Shown here piece by piece: positions 63,413 through 64,000 of a stretch of 64,000 nt of DNA; the first letter of the stretch is position 1, and every line of letters begins with the position of its first letter. Position numbers and translations under genes: made by a program. This stretch comes from Malacoraja senta (taxonomy: Eukaryota): positions 199,950,001-200,014,000 of the forward strand of contig CM075977.1 in assembly GCA_038087875.1 (NCBI GenBank). Direction: 5' to 3'. The notes under the pieces were generated by a model, which was not told the origin of the DNA, did no database searches, and saw nothing but the letters and a program-made list of their open reading frames with translations.

Positions 63413-63674
63413 GGCGAAGTCATTAATAGTTAAATCATCATAATATTTAAGACACTGAAGAAACTGATAAGTTCAGTGGAGAAAAGCCTCTTCGGAAGGT
63501 AGGGGAATTGAGTATAATGGGGCATAATCCAAAAAAGTAGAACCAGATCTTTTCAGGAATTCAAATAGAAACACACTGACATGTTCTGAAGGTGGCAGTT
63601 GATGTTAATGCGAGAATTATACCCAACAGTAAAGAAGGACATGGATTAAAAACATTTTGTGTGGATATTTGTGT

Positions 63675-63890
63675 TGGAAGGAACTGCGGATGCAGGTTTA
63701 CAGCGTGACAGGCAGCATCTCTGGAGAGTATGAATGAGTGACGTTTCGAATCAAGACCCTTCTTCAGACTAGTCTGGGGAAAGGGAAATGAGAGATATTG
63801 ACGGTGATGTGGAGAGATATAGAACGAATGAATGAATGATATGCAAAAAAGTAACAATGATAAAGGAAAGAGGCCACTGTTTGACCGAGT
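63675..63890 (-). mobile_element. PLE 3' tail with hammerhead remnant at 63740-63767
   Basis: Reverse complement of the 120-365 type tail. Confidence 0.75.
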
Positions 63891-64000
63891 AACCAATAAA
63901 TATCATTGGAGCACCACAAAATGCATGAATAACTACTGACCCACTACTTTGAGACACAAAATGGGGTTAGCCCCAAACTTGTGGTTTTCGGGTTTTAACC

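Noticed and set aside
121-63957. The many 60-140 aa ORFs in the track
   Set aside because: They are chance frames, or antisense and alternative frames of repeats (e.g. recurring CWSNSAGQAASLERRNG from the PLE tail).

Overview
Eukaryotic, repeat-dense vertebrate genomic DNA, most likely from a cartilaginous fish. This is inferred from the repeat set: HE1/V-SINE-type tRNA SINEs, shark-type CR1 LINEs and Neptune-type Penelope-like elements (PLEs). No host protein-coding exon is recognisable. A CpG/GCC-rich promoter and first exon (~6.8-7.9 kb, splice donor at 7933) and two well-formed, apparently non-coding 5'-UTR exons (33007-33078, 34725-34938) suggest most of the window is the 5' introns of an unidentified + strand gene. 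The introns hold CR1, Rex1/Babar-like, L1 and L2-like LINE fragments, SINEs, eight PIF/Harbinger-type MITEs sharing one TIR, and a 1.9-kb minisatellite. The most notable signal is about 20 short elements derived from the 3' tail of the PLE. They carry a minimal hammerhead-ribozyme core (CTGAAGA-A-stem II-GAAAC-GTH), often as head-to-head fold-backs, once as a tandem pair, and are nested in both directions with the Harbinger MITEs. Most boundaries of degraded repeats are approximate.
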